Source of the DNA: Pseudomonadota bacterium
Lineage (GTDB): Bacteria; Chloroflexota; Ktedonobacteria; Ktedonobacterales; JADMIN01
Direction of reading: 5' to 3'
Length of the DNA stretch: 64,000 nt
NCBI GenBank assembly: GCA_021324535.1
Contig: JAJPIU010000192.1
Location: 82-64,081 of the forward strand
Made by a program: the position numbers and the translations under genes. The notes under the pieces were generated by a model. It was not told where the DNA came from. It was given only the letters and a program-made list of their open reading frames with translations, and did not search any database. Below, in pieces: positions 54,252 to 63,158 of the stretch (its first letter is position 1; the number at the start of each line of letters is the position of its first letter).

Positions 54252-57200
54252 TTAGTTCCGCACGGCGAAGTACACTGCCTGCGGGTGCGGCGTGATGATC
54301 GCGGCGGTGGATTGCTCCGGCACAAGCTGGTACGACTCTGTGAGCGTCACGCCGATGGCTTCGGGCACGCCCAGTAGCCGGAAGACGCGCTCGTGGTCGG
54401 CAAGCTCAGGGATGGCGGCGTAGCCCCAGCTATAGCGTTTGCCCGCGCCCTCCGGCAGCTTCAACTCCTGGCGCACGCGGTCGTTCACATAGTCAGCCAT
54501 CGCCTCGGCCATCTGCACGCTTAGCCCATGCAGGAAATACGCGGCTGTGTAGTCGCCCGCCGCCTGCAACTTCTCGATCTCCTGCGAGGCGCGGTCGCCC
54601 ATCGTCACCACCTGCAAGGCCACCGTCGTTGGCCTGCCATCCGGCGTGGCAAAGTAATCGGCCAGGCAGAGCCGCTCGCCCTCTGGCTGGCGCGGGAAGC
54701 TAAACCGCTCGATCTCGCGCGATTGCGTCTCTACGTCCAGGATCACAATGTCGTCGCCCTCTGCGCGGCAGGGGAAGTAGCCGTAGACCGCCTGGGGATG
54801 CAGATATTGCTTCTGGCGCGCCTCGCGTAGCATGCGTTCCAGCCGGGGGCCAAACTCCTCGCGCACGATTCGGTCGTACTCCTCGCCATGCGCCACGCCA
54901 CCCCACCGTCCACGATAGAGCGCGTTGTGATCCAGGAAGGCCGCCACATCTTCGACTGCTACGCGATCAAGCGCCCGCGCACCCCAGAATGGCGCAACCA
55001 CCGCAGGAGCAGGAGCCACCTTCGAGCGAGCAGGAGCCGTTGCTGGTCGCGCCGAAGCCGCCTGTTCGCGTTGCGCCTGCTTCGCACGTGCCACCTCGGC
55101 CTCGCGCGTCACCTTCTCCACCAACGCCAATCTGCGGTCGGGATCGGTCAGTTGATCCATAAGTTCAAGCCCCTCGAAGGCGTCGCGCGCATAGAAGACG
55201 CCGGACGCATACGGGCGCTCATGCTCAGGCTCGCCTACGAAGAGCGTGCGGTAGCCATACGCGCGATTGATCGCAGCGCCACCAATGATCACCGGCACAC
55301 TCATCCCCTGGCGGTCAAGCTCCTGCACACAGAGCGGCATCTGCTTCGACGTGCTGACCAGCAGCGCCGAGAGGCCAATCGCGTCGGCGTTGACCTCCTT
55401 TGCCTTCGCGATGATCGTGTTGATTGGCGTCTGTTTGCCCAGGTCATAGACAGTATAGCCATTGTTCGAGAGGATCGTATTGACCAGATTCTTGCCGATG
55501 TCATGCACGTCGCCAAAGACGGTGGCCAGCACCACGCGCCCCTTTGTGTACCCTTCCGCCCGTTCGAGATAGCGTTCCAGATGCGCAACCGACTTCTTCA
55601 TCACCTCAGCCGATTGCAGCACAAACGGCAGGATCAGCTCGCCAGCGCCAAAGCGGTCGCCCACGTCTTTCATCGCGGGCAACAAGACGTTGTTGAGTAC
55701 CTCGACCGCCGCCTGTGAAAGCTGCGGCGTGGTCTGCCAGCCTTCCAGCGATTCGCCAGGCGCGGGAACGCCCTCGGCGCGAGCATATAGGCCATCCGTA
55801 GAGAAATCGTCAGGCAAGAGTCCAGCGGCGCGTCCGGCAACGGCGGAGTCAATTAGCGCCTCGATGCCCTCTTTCTTACGGTGCAAAATCTGATAGTGGA
55901 TGCGCTGATCCACGTTCAGCCCCTCGGTGGGGTCAGCCTGCTGCGCCTTCTGCGCGGGCTTGCCGTGCTGCTCATAGTAGGCGATGAAGCGTGGCAGCGC
56001 CTCTTCGTCGCGGTTGAAGATCAGGTCATCGCAAAGGGTACGCTCCTCGGTTGGCACCTCCGCGTAGGGCGTGATATGCGCCGGATTGACGATGGCGGCG
56101 TCAAGCCCGGCCTGCGTCGCGTGGTACAGAAAAACGCTGTTGAGCGCGGCGCGCGCATGGGGCGCGACGCCAAACGAGACGTTGCTGACGCCGAGCACCG
56201 TCAACGCCCCCGGCAGTTCTGCCTTGATGCGCCGGATGGCTTCGAGCGTCTGCACGGCGCTGTCGCGTAGCTCCTCCTGCCCAGTGGTGACGGGGAAGGT
56301 CAGCGCGTCGAAGAGCAGCGCCTCCGGCTCAATGCCATACTCCTGCGTGGCGATCTCATAGATGCGTTTGGCGATGGCGAGCTTGCGGTCGGCGGTCTTG
56401 GCCATGCCCTCTTCGTCAATCGTCAGCGCCACCACCGCCGAACCATGCTCCACCGCCAGCGGCAGCACCGCCTCGACACGCTGACGTCCGTTCTCCAGGT
56501 TGATTGAGTTGATGATCGCGCGTCCCGGATAGGTCTCAAGCCCCGCCTGGATCACGTTCGCCTCGGTGGAATCGAGGATCAGCGGCGCCTCGATGCCCAT
56601 CTCAAGCTTCTTGACGGCGTTACGCATCTGCGCGGCCTCGTCGGCGCGTTCGGTCAGCGCTACACACACATCCAGCGTATGCGCGCCGCCCTCCACCTGG
56701 TCGCGCGCCACCTGTAGCAGCGTATCGTAGTCATCGGCCAGCAAAGCCTGTTTCACCTTGCGGCTGCCCTGTGAATTGACGCGCTCGCCGATGATCATGG
56801 GGGCGGGGTCTTGCTGCAAGGTGACGGCGCGTACCGCCGAGGCCACCAGCTTGCGTTCGCGCGCACGAGCCTCATCATCAAAGTCGGCAAGCCGCTCCTG
56901 TGGGCGCGCACGGCGATTGGGCGGCAACGCATCCAACGCGGCGCGGAACTCTCGAATGTGATCGGGCGTTGTTCCACAGCAGCCACCGATGATATTGACA
57001 CCAAACTCGCCGACGAACTGCGCAAGCATCTCGGCCATTGGCGCGGGCTGCATAGGATAGACCGCGCGTCCTCCCACGTTCAGGGGCAACCCGGCGTTGG
57101 GGATGGTGGAGATGGGCAGGGCGATGTTTTCGGCCAGGTAGCGCGCCGGTTCACGCATGTAATCCGGGCCGGTCGAGCAGTTCAGGCCGATCACATCCAC

Positions 57201-57893
57201 CTTCAGCGCGCGAATGATGGCGGCTGCCGCCGCGACATCTGTGCCCAGCAGCATGCGCCCGCTCGTATCCAGTGTGACCTGCGCCTGGATGGGCAGTGTG
57301 CGCCCGGTCTGCGCCATCGCGCGGCGTGCGCCAGTGATGGCCGCGCGCACCTCCAGAATATCCTGGCTGGTCTCGATCAACAGCAGGTCAACGCCGCCCT
57401 CGATCAACGCGGCGGCCTGTTCGGCGTAGACGGCGACCAAATCTTGATAGGTAATGGCGCTGAGGGTAGGATCATCCGAGGAGGGCAACATGCCCGACGG
57501 CCCCATCGAACCGGCGACGAAGCGCGGGCGTTCGGGAGTGGAAAACTCGTCAGCCGCCGAGCGAGCCAGTTGCGCCGCCGCTTTGTTAATCTCATGCGTG
57601 CGGTCGCCAAGCGCGTAGTCGTCCAGCTTGATGCGCGTGCCGGTGAAGGTGTCGGTCTCGATCACATCAGCGCCGACGGCCAGATACGCGCGGTGAATAT
57701 CGCGAATGGCGTCGGGGCGCGTGATCGCGAGAATCTCCGGGCAGCCATCCAGGCGTTCCTCGCCATAGTCGGCGGCGGTCAGGCCCAGGCTGTGGATCAT
57801 CGTGCCCATCGCGCCATCGTAGACGAGTACGCGCTCCCGCGCCGCATCCAGATACCGTGATGTTGTTGCCGATGATGGTGTCTTCTCGCTCAC
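54252..57893 (-). CDS. metH: cobalamin-dependent methionine synthase
   Basis: All modules are present: Hcy-binding (GGCCGTTP), pterin-binding, B12 cap and DxHxxG (GDVHDIGKN), and the AdoMet activation domain (RYSWGYAA). GTG start. 1213 aa. Confidence 0.97.
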   Translation of the reverse strand: MSEKTPSSATTSRYLDAARERVLVYDGAMGTMIHSLGLTAADYGEERLDGCPEILAITRPDAIRDIHRAYLAVGADVIETDTFTGTRIKLDDYALGDRTHEINKAAAQLARSAADEFSTPERPRFVAGSMGPSGMLPSSDDPTLSAITYQDLVAVYAEQAAALIEGGVDLLLIETSQDILEVRAAITGARRAMAQTGRTLPIQAQVTLDTSGRMLLGTDVAAAAAIIRALKVDVIGLNCSTGPDYMREPARYLAENIALPISTIPNAGLPLNVGGRAVYPMQPAPMAEMLAQFVGEFGVNIIGGCCGTTPDHIREFRAALDALPPNRRARPQERLADFDDEARARERKLVASAVRAVTLQQDPAPMIIGERVNSQGSRKVKQALLADDYDTLLQVARDQVEGGAHTLDVCVALTERADEAAQMRNAVKKLEMGIEAPLILDSTEANVIQAGLETYPGRAIINSINLENGRQRVEAVLPLAVEHGSAVVALTIDEEGMAKTADRKLAIAKRIYEIATQEYGIEPEALLFDALTFPVTTGQEELRDSAVQTLEAIRRIKAELPGALTVLGVSNVSFGVAPHARAALNSVFLYHATQAGLDAAIVNPAHITPYAEVPTEERTLCDDLIFNRDEEALPRFIAYYEQHGKPAQKAQQADPTEGLNVDQRIHYQILHRKKEGIEALIDSAVAGRAAGLLPDDFSTDGLYARAEGVPAPGESLEGWQTTPQLSQAAVEVLNNVLLPAMKDVGDRFGAGELILPFVLQSAEVMKKSVAHLERYLERAEGYTKGRVVLATVFGDVHDIGKNLVNTILSNNGYTVYDLGKQTPINTIIAKAKEVNADAIGLSALLVSTSKQMPLCVQELDRQGMSVPVIIGGAAINRAYGYRTLFVGEPEHERPYASGVFYARDAFEGLELMDQLTDPDRRLALVEKVTREAEVARAKQAQREQAASARPATAPARSKVAPAPAVVAPFWGARALDRVAVEDVAAFLDHNALYRGRWGGVAHGEEYDRIVREEFGPRLERMLREARQKQYLHPQAVYGYFPCRAEGDDIVILDVETQSREIERFSFPRQPEGERLCLADYFATPDGRPTTVALQVVTMGDRASQEIEKLQAAGDYTAAYFLHGLSVQMAEAMADYVNDRVRQELKLPEGAGKRYSWGYAAIPELADHERVFRLLGVPEAIGVTLTESYQLVPEQSTAAIITPHPQAVYFAVRN

Positions 57894-57972
57894 CTGCTTA
57901 CCCGCCCTTTGCCATTGATGTCGTACAATCGCTGTCTTTGGAGTATATCACGCTTCCAACACTGCCCCACAT

Positions 57973-58503
57973 TCAAGGGGTAGCTTGCTCGTTCAACGCC
58001 GCGACCAGTTCGCGACAGAAGTCGGGGATGTCTTCAACGACACGCCCCCAGACGACGCTGCCCACGCGGAAGGCTGGCGCGTCATCCCAGACGCCGCCCG
58101 CGTTTTCCATGTCGTCCTTGATTCCACGCGAACCGGTACATCGCATCCCGCGCACGATCCCAGCCGAGGCGGCTACCCAACCGGCGTGGCAAATAAAGCC
58201 GACAACTTTGCCTGCCGCATGACACTCGCGTACCAGGCGCAACACATCGGGGTTCCGCCGCAGCTTATCGGGCGCCCAGCCACCAGGGACAACCAATCCG
58301 TCAAGCGTATCCGCCTGAACCTCGCTTGCCACAGTATCCGGCGTGGCGGTCAGGCAATGTTTGCCTGTCACGCTATCATGGCTCAGGCCGATGATCAGTG
58401 TGCGCGCGCCCTCCTCGCGCAGTCGCATCACCGGAACCCAAAACTCCAAATCCTCGAACCCTGGCGCGACAAAGACGCCGATGGTTTTGCCTTGCAGCCG
58501 CAT
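57973..58503 (-). CDS. DJ-1/PfpI-family protein (type 1 glutamine amidotransferase-like)
   Basis: Nucleophile-elbow GFICHAG. Start at MRLQGKTIGVF with a strong GAAGGAG SD; the ORF is open to 58533. Confidence 0.9.
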   Translation of the reverse strand: MRLQGKTIGVFVAPGFEDLEFWVPVMRLREEGARTLIIGLSHDSVTGKHCLTATPDTVASEVQADTLDGLVVPGGWAPDKLRRNPDVLRLVRECHAAGKVVGFICHAGWVAASAGIVRGMRCTGSRGIKDDMENAGGVWDDAPAFRVGSVVWGRVVEDIPDFCRELVAALNEQATP

Positions 58504-58603
58504 ATTCTCTGCTCCTTCTCTGCTGGCAGCCACCCGTCAACCTCTCTACTCTAAAGTTTAGAGGGCCAGCGCCAGCCAAAAGTTGCAGCAGTTTATGGCA
58601 TGT

Positions 58604-59107
58604 TCAGACCTGGTTTGCCCCTCGTTTCAGCAACGCTTCCTCATACCGCCGTTTGGAGGCCGGGATGCCAGCCGCCAGCAGGAGGCCAAACACCACACCC
58701 ACCAGCGCCTCGGCAATCACCACCGTTTTGACGCCAGGATCGTTCCACGATACCGTGTTCAGAAACACGCCGATGGTATAGCCATAAGCGATGGTGAACT
58801 CTACCAGCCCCCAGAGAACCGCTCCTATTGTCATAATCACAACTAATTGGGCCGTGATTGCGGGCATTTTCTGGCCTGCTGTGGGATCGCGCCGGGGGAT
58901 GCGTCCGGGAGGGTCGCCTCGCATGACCTGTGGAGTGTGGGTGAACACAATACCCACGAGGAATCCCGCGATCACCACAAAACCGAACCATGTCAGCCCT
59001 GCCACAAAAAAGGGCAGCGCGCAAATGGCGCACAGCGTCATCTCGGTAGCAAGGGTGAGGAGAATCGCCGGGAGAAGCTCAAGCAGCCTGGCGCGATCAA
59101 TGTTCAT
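58604..59107 (-). CDS. membrane protein (about 4 TM helices), unknown function
   Basis: Four hydrophobic segments. No family recognised. It lies immediately downstream of 59139..60356 on the same strand. Confidence 0.5.
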   Translation of the reverse strand: MNIDRARLLELLPAILLTLATEMTLCAICALPFFVAGLTWFGFVVIAGFLVGIVFTHTPQVMRGDPPGRIPRRDPTAGQKMPAITAQLVVIMTIGAVLWGLVEFTIAYGYTIGVFLNTVSWNDPGVKTVVIAEALVGVVFGLLLAAGIPASKRRYEEALLKRGANQV

Positions 59108-59138
59108 GACAATTCTCCCTCAAATGAGCAAGGGTAAG

Positions 59139-60356
59139 CTAGAGGATATAGCCCACCGCGTCGAAGAGGACGTTGGTGGTGGCGCCGCTGGCCATATCCA
59201 CCTGGAACTCGATCTGCCCGCTGCCATTGAAGCGCACCGTCACCCCATTGGCGAGCGTCTGCCCGGCGGCAAAGTTGATGCTGCTGGTAGGGGGCAGCGC
59301 CGGACCGGGGAAGAGTCGCAAATCGCCACTAGAGGTGGGGCCGACCACCGTCACATTGCCCACCACACCCACCGAGCCAGTAGGGACACTGATGCCATCC
59401 ACCACGACGCCCGTCACTTGCAAGGTGTGGGTTGAGCCAGCAGTCCAGGGCGAGCCGGTGCGGGTGTCGAGCAGGCGGATGGGTTCGGGCAGGAAGTTGA
59501 ACGAGCCGCTGTGGCCTGGCGTACCTGCCGCCACACGCCGCCATGTGCCAGGGCTGCCACTGGCGACACAGATATACAGGTCGCCCGCGTTGTCGCGAAT
59601 CTGCTCGCCGACGTTGTATGAGCCGGTGGTAGGCGCGCCGGTAAAGCCGGAGAGATTCTGCAAAAAGCGCCCAGCCCCTGACGCCCAGATATCAATACCG
59701 GTACTGCTGAATCCGACGACGCCGTAGCCTGGAGCACAGAAGCCAAAGACACCATAGCCAGCAGCGCCTCCAGTGATGCCATAGGCGCCAATACCATTCG
59801 TTCCGCCCAAACCATACAGCGCAGTGGAGTTGTCAGTCGCCGAAGCGTTAACAGACACACCGGTGCTTGCCGTAGTGGTCAAGAGGGTAGTTGACGAGGC
59901 GGTGTTGTTCTGGCCAAGAATCAGCGCATCGCCGTTGGCGGCCTGCGCAGTGGCGTGGCCCAGTCCAGCAATACCGGCGGCGGCCAGCACAGCGGCGGCG
60001 CCCAACCCGCCCCATTTCAGCAGGCCGCGTCGGCTGGTCGTTGTGGGGGGAAATGCTGCTTCATTTGCGTCTGTCGTATTCATATGGGCGGCGCCCTCGG
60101 AATGGAGGGCGCCCGATTCTATTCCCAAGACAGGCGGCGCTATTGGCGCCTGTGGCTGGCTCAATCGCTGGATAAGCGCCTCCATCTCAGTCTGGCGCTG
60201 GGTGAGCGTGGCAATCTGTGTCTGTAGCTCGGCGATTGATGGCTCACCAACTGACGTGGCGCTGCGGTCGCCCGCGCGAGGTCGCTGCCTCGAGGGAATG
60301 CGCGTGGAAACAGTAGCCATACGAGTTCCTCCTGGTGGGGCTGCCCATCTGTTCAT
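59139..60356 (-). CDS. Tat-signal secreted protein with a Gly-rich middle and a C-terminal beta-sandwich-like domain; the start is ambiguous (60356 or 60083)
   Basis: Twin-arginine motif TSRRGLLKWGG followed by an h-region and AQA. A standard Tat precursor would start at MNTTD (ATG 60081-60083). The frame stays open for a further 91 codons that encode a heptad-like stretch. Confidence 0.6.
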   Translation of the reverse strand: MNRWAAPPGGTRMATVSTRIPSRQRPRAGDRSATSVGEPSIAELQTQIATLTQRQTEMEALIQRLSQPQAPIAPPVLGIESGALHSEGAAHMNTTDANEAAFPPTTTSRRGLLKWGGLGAAAVLAAAGIAGLGHATAQAANGDALILGQNNTASSTTLLTTTASTGVSVNASATDNSTALYGLGGTNGIGAYGITGGAAGYGVFGFCAPGYGVVGFSSTGIDIWASGAGRFLQNLSGFTGAPTTGSYNVGEQIRDNAGDLYICVASGSPGTWRRVAAGTPGHSGSFNFLPEPIRLLDTRTGSPWTAGSTHTLQVTGVVVDGISVPTGSVGVVGNVTVVGPTSSGDLRLFPGPALPPTSSINFAAGQTLANGVTVRFNGSGQIEFQVDMASGATTNVLFDAVGYIL

Positions 60357-60409
60357 AGATGGCCCCTCCTACTCGAAATACCAACACACATAGCGGCGCC
60401 CCGTTTGTC

Positions 60410-60715
60410 TCAATCCAGATCTTTGTTCTGGGGCGCGGCAGAAGGGGCCATAGCCTCGTTCTCTCTGGTACTGCGAATCTTCTTGCCAGATAGCGGGCCA
60501 CCGAGTAAGGCGCTGATGTAGCATATGTCAAGCGCCGCAGCGCTCAGTGGGAAAAAGCTCCACACCAACGACAAGACACCGAGCGGATAGTTCCAGTAGA
60601 CAAGGCCGACAACGAGAAATCCGATGCCTGCAACCAGACGAAAGACGCGCCCAGCAGGGCTGTTGATGAATCGCGAGAAACCTGAGCGATTGAAGGCTGC
60701 TGCGAGACTGCTCAT
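60410..60715 (-). CDS. DUF2892/YgaP-like small membrane protein
   Basis: The pattern R..R...G...L..G followed by two TM helices and a Cys-containing C-terminal part fits the family. Tentative. Confidence 0.5.
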   Translation of the reverse strand: MSSLAAAFNRSGFSRFINSPAGRVFRLVAGIGFLVVGLVYWNYPLGVLSLVWSFFPLSAAALDICYISALLGGPLSGKKIRSTRENEAMAPSAAPQNKDLD

Positions 60716-60750
60716 GAACTACCTCCCGGAGTTGGTCGTCGAGTGGCCCA

Positions 60751-61365
60751 TCAGAAGGCCTGGGTATCGTGGAGACGATAGAGCATGTCGCCGTGCGCGA
60801 ACTGTTCGCGACGCAGCGCGTAGAACGCGACTATCGGATCATCCATGACGATAGCATCGCTGTCCGTCATCTCGTAATAGTTCACGTCTTTTTCGTAGAC
60901 AAACCCGAGGTGGTCGAGCACGCGGCGTGAGGCAAGGTTAGCGGGTACCACAGCAGCCACGATGCGCTGCCACGCGGTGTGCTCAAAGGCAAAACGAATC
61001 GCCGCGCGCGCCGCCTCGGTCGCGTATCCCTGACCCCAATACGGCTTGCCCAGGAGATACGCCAGCTCCACGTCGGTTGTGTCAGGCAAGGTGTCAATAT
61101 TGCACTGCCCGATGAATTGGCCGTTGGACTTGAGCGTAATCGCCCATCCCATCGCGCTCAGTGGTTGCTGCTCCCAGAGTCCTTGTAACGCGCGAATCGT
61201 GCGCTCAGCGCGTTCGTGAAGCGTCAGGTTGATCCGAGTCTGTGGGACATAGCGGATGAAATCAGGATCGCTGATGAACGCGGCCCAGGCGTCAACATCC
61301 GCGCTCGTAGCTCCACGCAATAACAAACGCTCAGTTTCAATCTTTGGGACGGTGGTTAAAGCCAT
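60751..61365 (-). CDS. GNAT-family N-acetyltransferase (RimJ/RimL-like)
   Basis: N-terminal ETERLLLR motif. Acetyl-CoA pocket GKPYWGQGYATEAARA. Confidence 0.85.
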   Translation of the reverse strand: MALTTVPKIETERLLLRGATSADVDAWAAFISDPDFIRYVPQTRINLTLHERAERTIRALQGLWEQQPLSAMGWAITLKSNGQFIGQCNIDTLPDTTDVELAYLLGKPYWGQGYATEAARAAIRFAFEHTAWQRIVAAVVPANLASRRVLDHLGFVYEKDVNYYEMTDSDAIVMDDPIVAFYALRREQFAHGDMLYRLHDTQAF

Positions 61366-61455
61366 GCGATTCCCCTCGTTTCACGGCGGCGAGCTGGCGG
61401 GCTGGGCGCCAGCCAACTTGCCTCAGTTTCTCGCATTCGGCTGATCATCTGTTGA

Positions 61456-61728
61456 TCATTTATAGAAATACGGATCGAGCACACTCACCTCGGTGATGCT
61501 GTCTACCGGAAGATTATTCCGGCTGGCGGCGCGCCGAACGGCCTCAGGCGTTGGCCCATCGTAGATGCAGAATGTCTTTGACTTGTCAGGCGTAACATAC
61601 GAATGCACCCAGGTGACAAGCTCCTCGGCATTGTTCGCGACGACGGTGCGACAGGTCGCGGCTCCCTCGTCGTTCATGGGAATAATGAGACCTTCCGGGA
61701 AGGTGCGCTCGACGAGATAACGTGGCAT
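61456..61728 (-). CDS. DUF4242-like small alpha/beta protein
   Basis: MPRYLVERTFPEG..WVHSYVT.D..KTFCIYDGP..EAVR follows the family pattern. Confidence 0.6.
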   Translation of the reverse strand: MPRYLVERTFPEGLIIPMNDEGAATCRTVVANNAEELVTWVHSYVTPDKSKTFCIYDGPTPEAVRRAASRNNLPVDSITEVSVLDPYFYK

Positions 61729-61742
61729 GGTAACTCTCCTTC

Positions 61743-62852
61743 TTAAATGCGCGCCTCGAAGATGCGGTTGATCGGCGTCTCCAACACACGGCGGAAGCGG
61801 TTCAGTCCACCCTTCTTCACGACAGCCGCCAGCGCGTCGTCGGTCGCTACCGTGCCGAGCGCCTCTGTGCCAGTGGCGAGCGCGTTGGGCGTGCAGACCA
61901 GCACCGACGCGCCGGAGTAGAACTGCCCCACCGGATTGAAGTTATCCTCAATATGCTTGCCAGCCGCCGGTTCCACCAGTAGTACGGTTCCGTCGGGCGC
62001 GAGGGCGTCGCGCGTGTGGCGGATGGTGTTCGCTGGATCGCCAATATCATGCAGGCAGTCGAAGAATGCGACGAGGTCGTAGTCATTGCCAGGATACGCC
62101 GTACTGCTGGCCACTTCGAAGGTCACACGGTCGGCCACCCCAGCATCCTCCGCGTGTTTGCGCGCCTGCTCAATGGAGGCGGGATGCGCGTCGAAGCCGA
62201 AGAAATGGGAGTTTGGATACGCCTTTGCCATGATGATGGTGGAGGCGCCGTGCCCACAGCCAATATCGGCGACCTTCGCGCCGCGCTCCAACTTCGCCTG
62301 CACGCCGTCGAGCGCGGGAATCCAACTCTGCGTCAGGTTGGCAAGATAGCCAGGCCGAAAGAGCCGTTCGCACCCCTCCCACATATAGGGGTCGTGCTCG
62401 CCCCAGCGCATGCCCGCGCCCGTGCGGAAGTTCTCACGGATGCGTGGTTCGGCTTTCGTCATGGCCAGGGCAATCATCAGCGCGCCACCCAGATAGAACG
62501 GGCTGTCTGTGTCAAGCAGGGCCGCTGCGCGCTCGTTCGGCAGCGAGTATTGCCCGCTCTTGGTGTCATACTCGATGTAGCCAGCCGCCGCCTGGTTGAT
62601 TAACCACTCACGCACGTAGCGCTCGCTGGTGTGTGTGCTCTTGGCAAGTTGCGCTGAGGTCACGGCGCCCATATCCGCCAGTGCGCGATACAAACCCAAC
62701 TGATCGCCAATCACGGCCAGCGTCACGCTCACTGTGGCCGCGCAATCGGCGACCACCTTGTGCATGAACTGTTGGGCCTTCTCGATGTCAATCTCGGCTG
62801 TCGCCGACGCTACGGTTTTCTTCGTCTCGACTGTCATAGTGCTGCTCCTCAC
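61743..62852 (-). CDS. class I SAM-dependent methyltransferase with an N-terminal winged-helix domain (Rv2258c-like architecture)
   Basis: Motif I VADIGCGHG, an acidic loop FGFD, and a post-I/II pattern. The N-terminal roughly 110 aa are MarR-like. Confidence 0.8.
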   Translation of the reverse strand: MRSSTMTVETKKTVASATAEIDIEKAQQFMHKVVADCAATVSVTLAVIGDQLGLYRALADMGAVTSAQLAKSTHTSERYVREWLINQAAAGYIEYDTKSGQYSLPNERAAALLDTDSPFYLGGALMIALAMTKAEPRIRENFRTGAGMRWGEHDPYMWEGCERLFRPGYLANLTQSWIPALDGVQAKLERGAKVADIGCGHGASTIIMAKAYPNSHFFGFDAHPASIEQARKHAEDAGVADRVTFEVASSTAYPGNDYDLVAFFDCLHDIGDPANTIRHTRDALAPDGTVLLVEPAAGKHIEDNFNPVGQFYSGASVLVCTPNALATGTEALGTVATDDALAAVVKKGGLNRFRRVLETPINRIFEARI

Positions 62853-63158
62853 TGGCTAAGGGAAGACATACAACCGCACGCGATGCCGACAATCAAACCC
62901 GCTCGTGAACTACTGCTGAGCCTGATCGGTAGCCGATCCCATATCAGCTCACGGGGCGTCGGTGCGCTGTATCAAGTGTGCTAGAATAGGCTTGGGTTGT
63001 ACAGGAAGTTTCGGCAGTTTTCCCTCCACGATCATCGGCAGAAATGTGGGGAAGCTCTCTTCGTTCGTGTGCTATCATGCGTTCAGACGGCGGAGATGAT
63101 GGAGGGAGCGCCGTCAGGCTTGCTACTCAGAGGCCAGGTGTAGACGGGGAGGCGCACG

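Noticed and set aside
54528-57860. Plus-strand ORFs (100, 276, 129 and 349 aa) across the metH region.
   Set aside because: All are antisense to the complete 1213-aa metH. None has a start-site context or recognisable domains.
57894-57972. A possible SAM, SAH or cobalamin riboswitch upstream of metH.
   Set aside because: Only 79 nt separate metH from the upstream PfpI gene, which is too short for those riboswitch classes. No conserved cores were seen. The two genes may simply be co-transcribed, or an extended -10 (TGATATACT) may be used.
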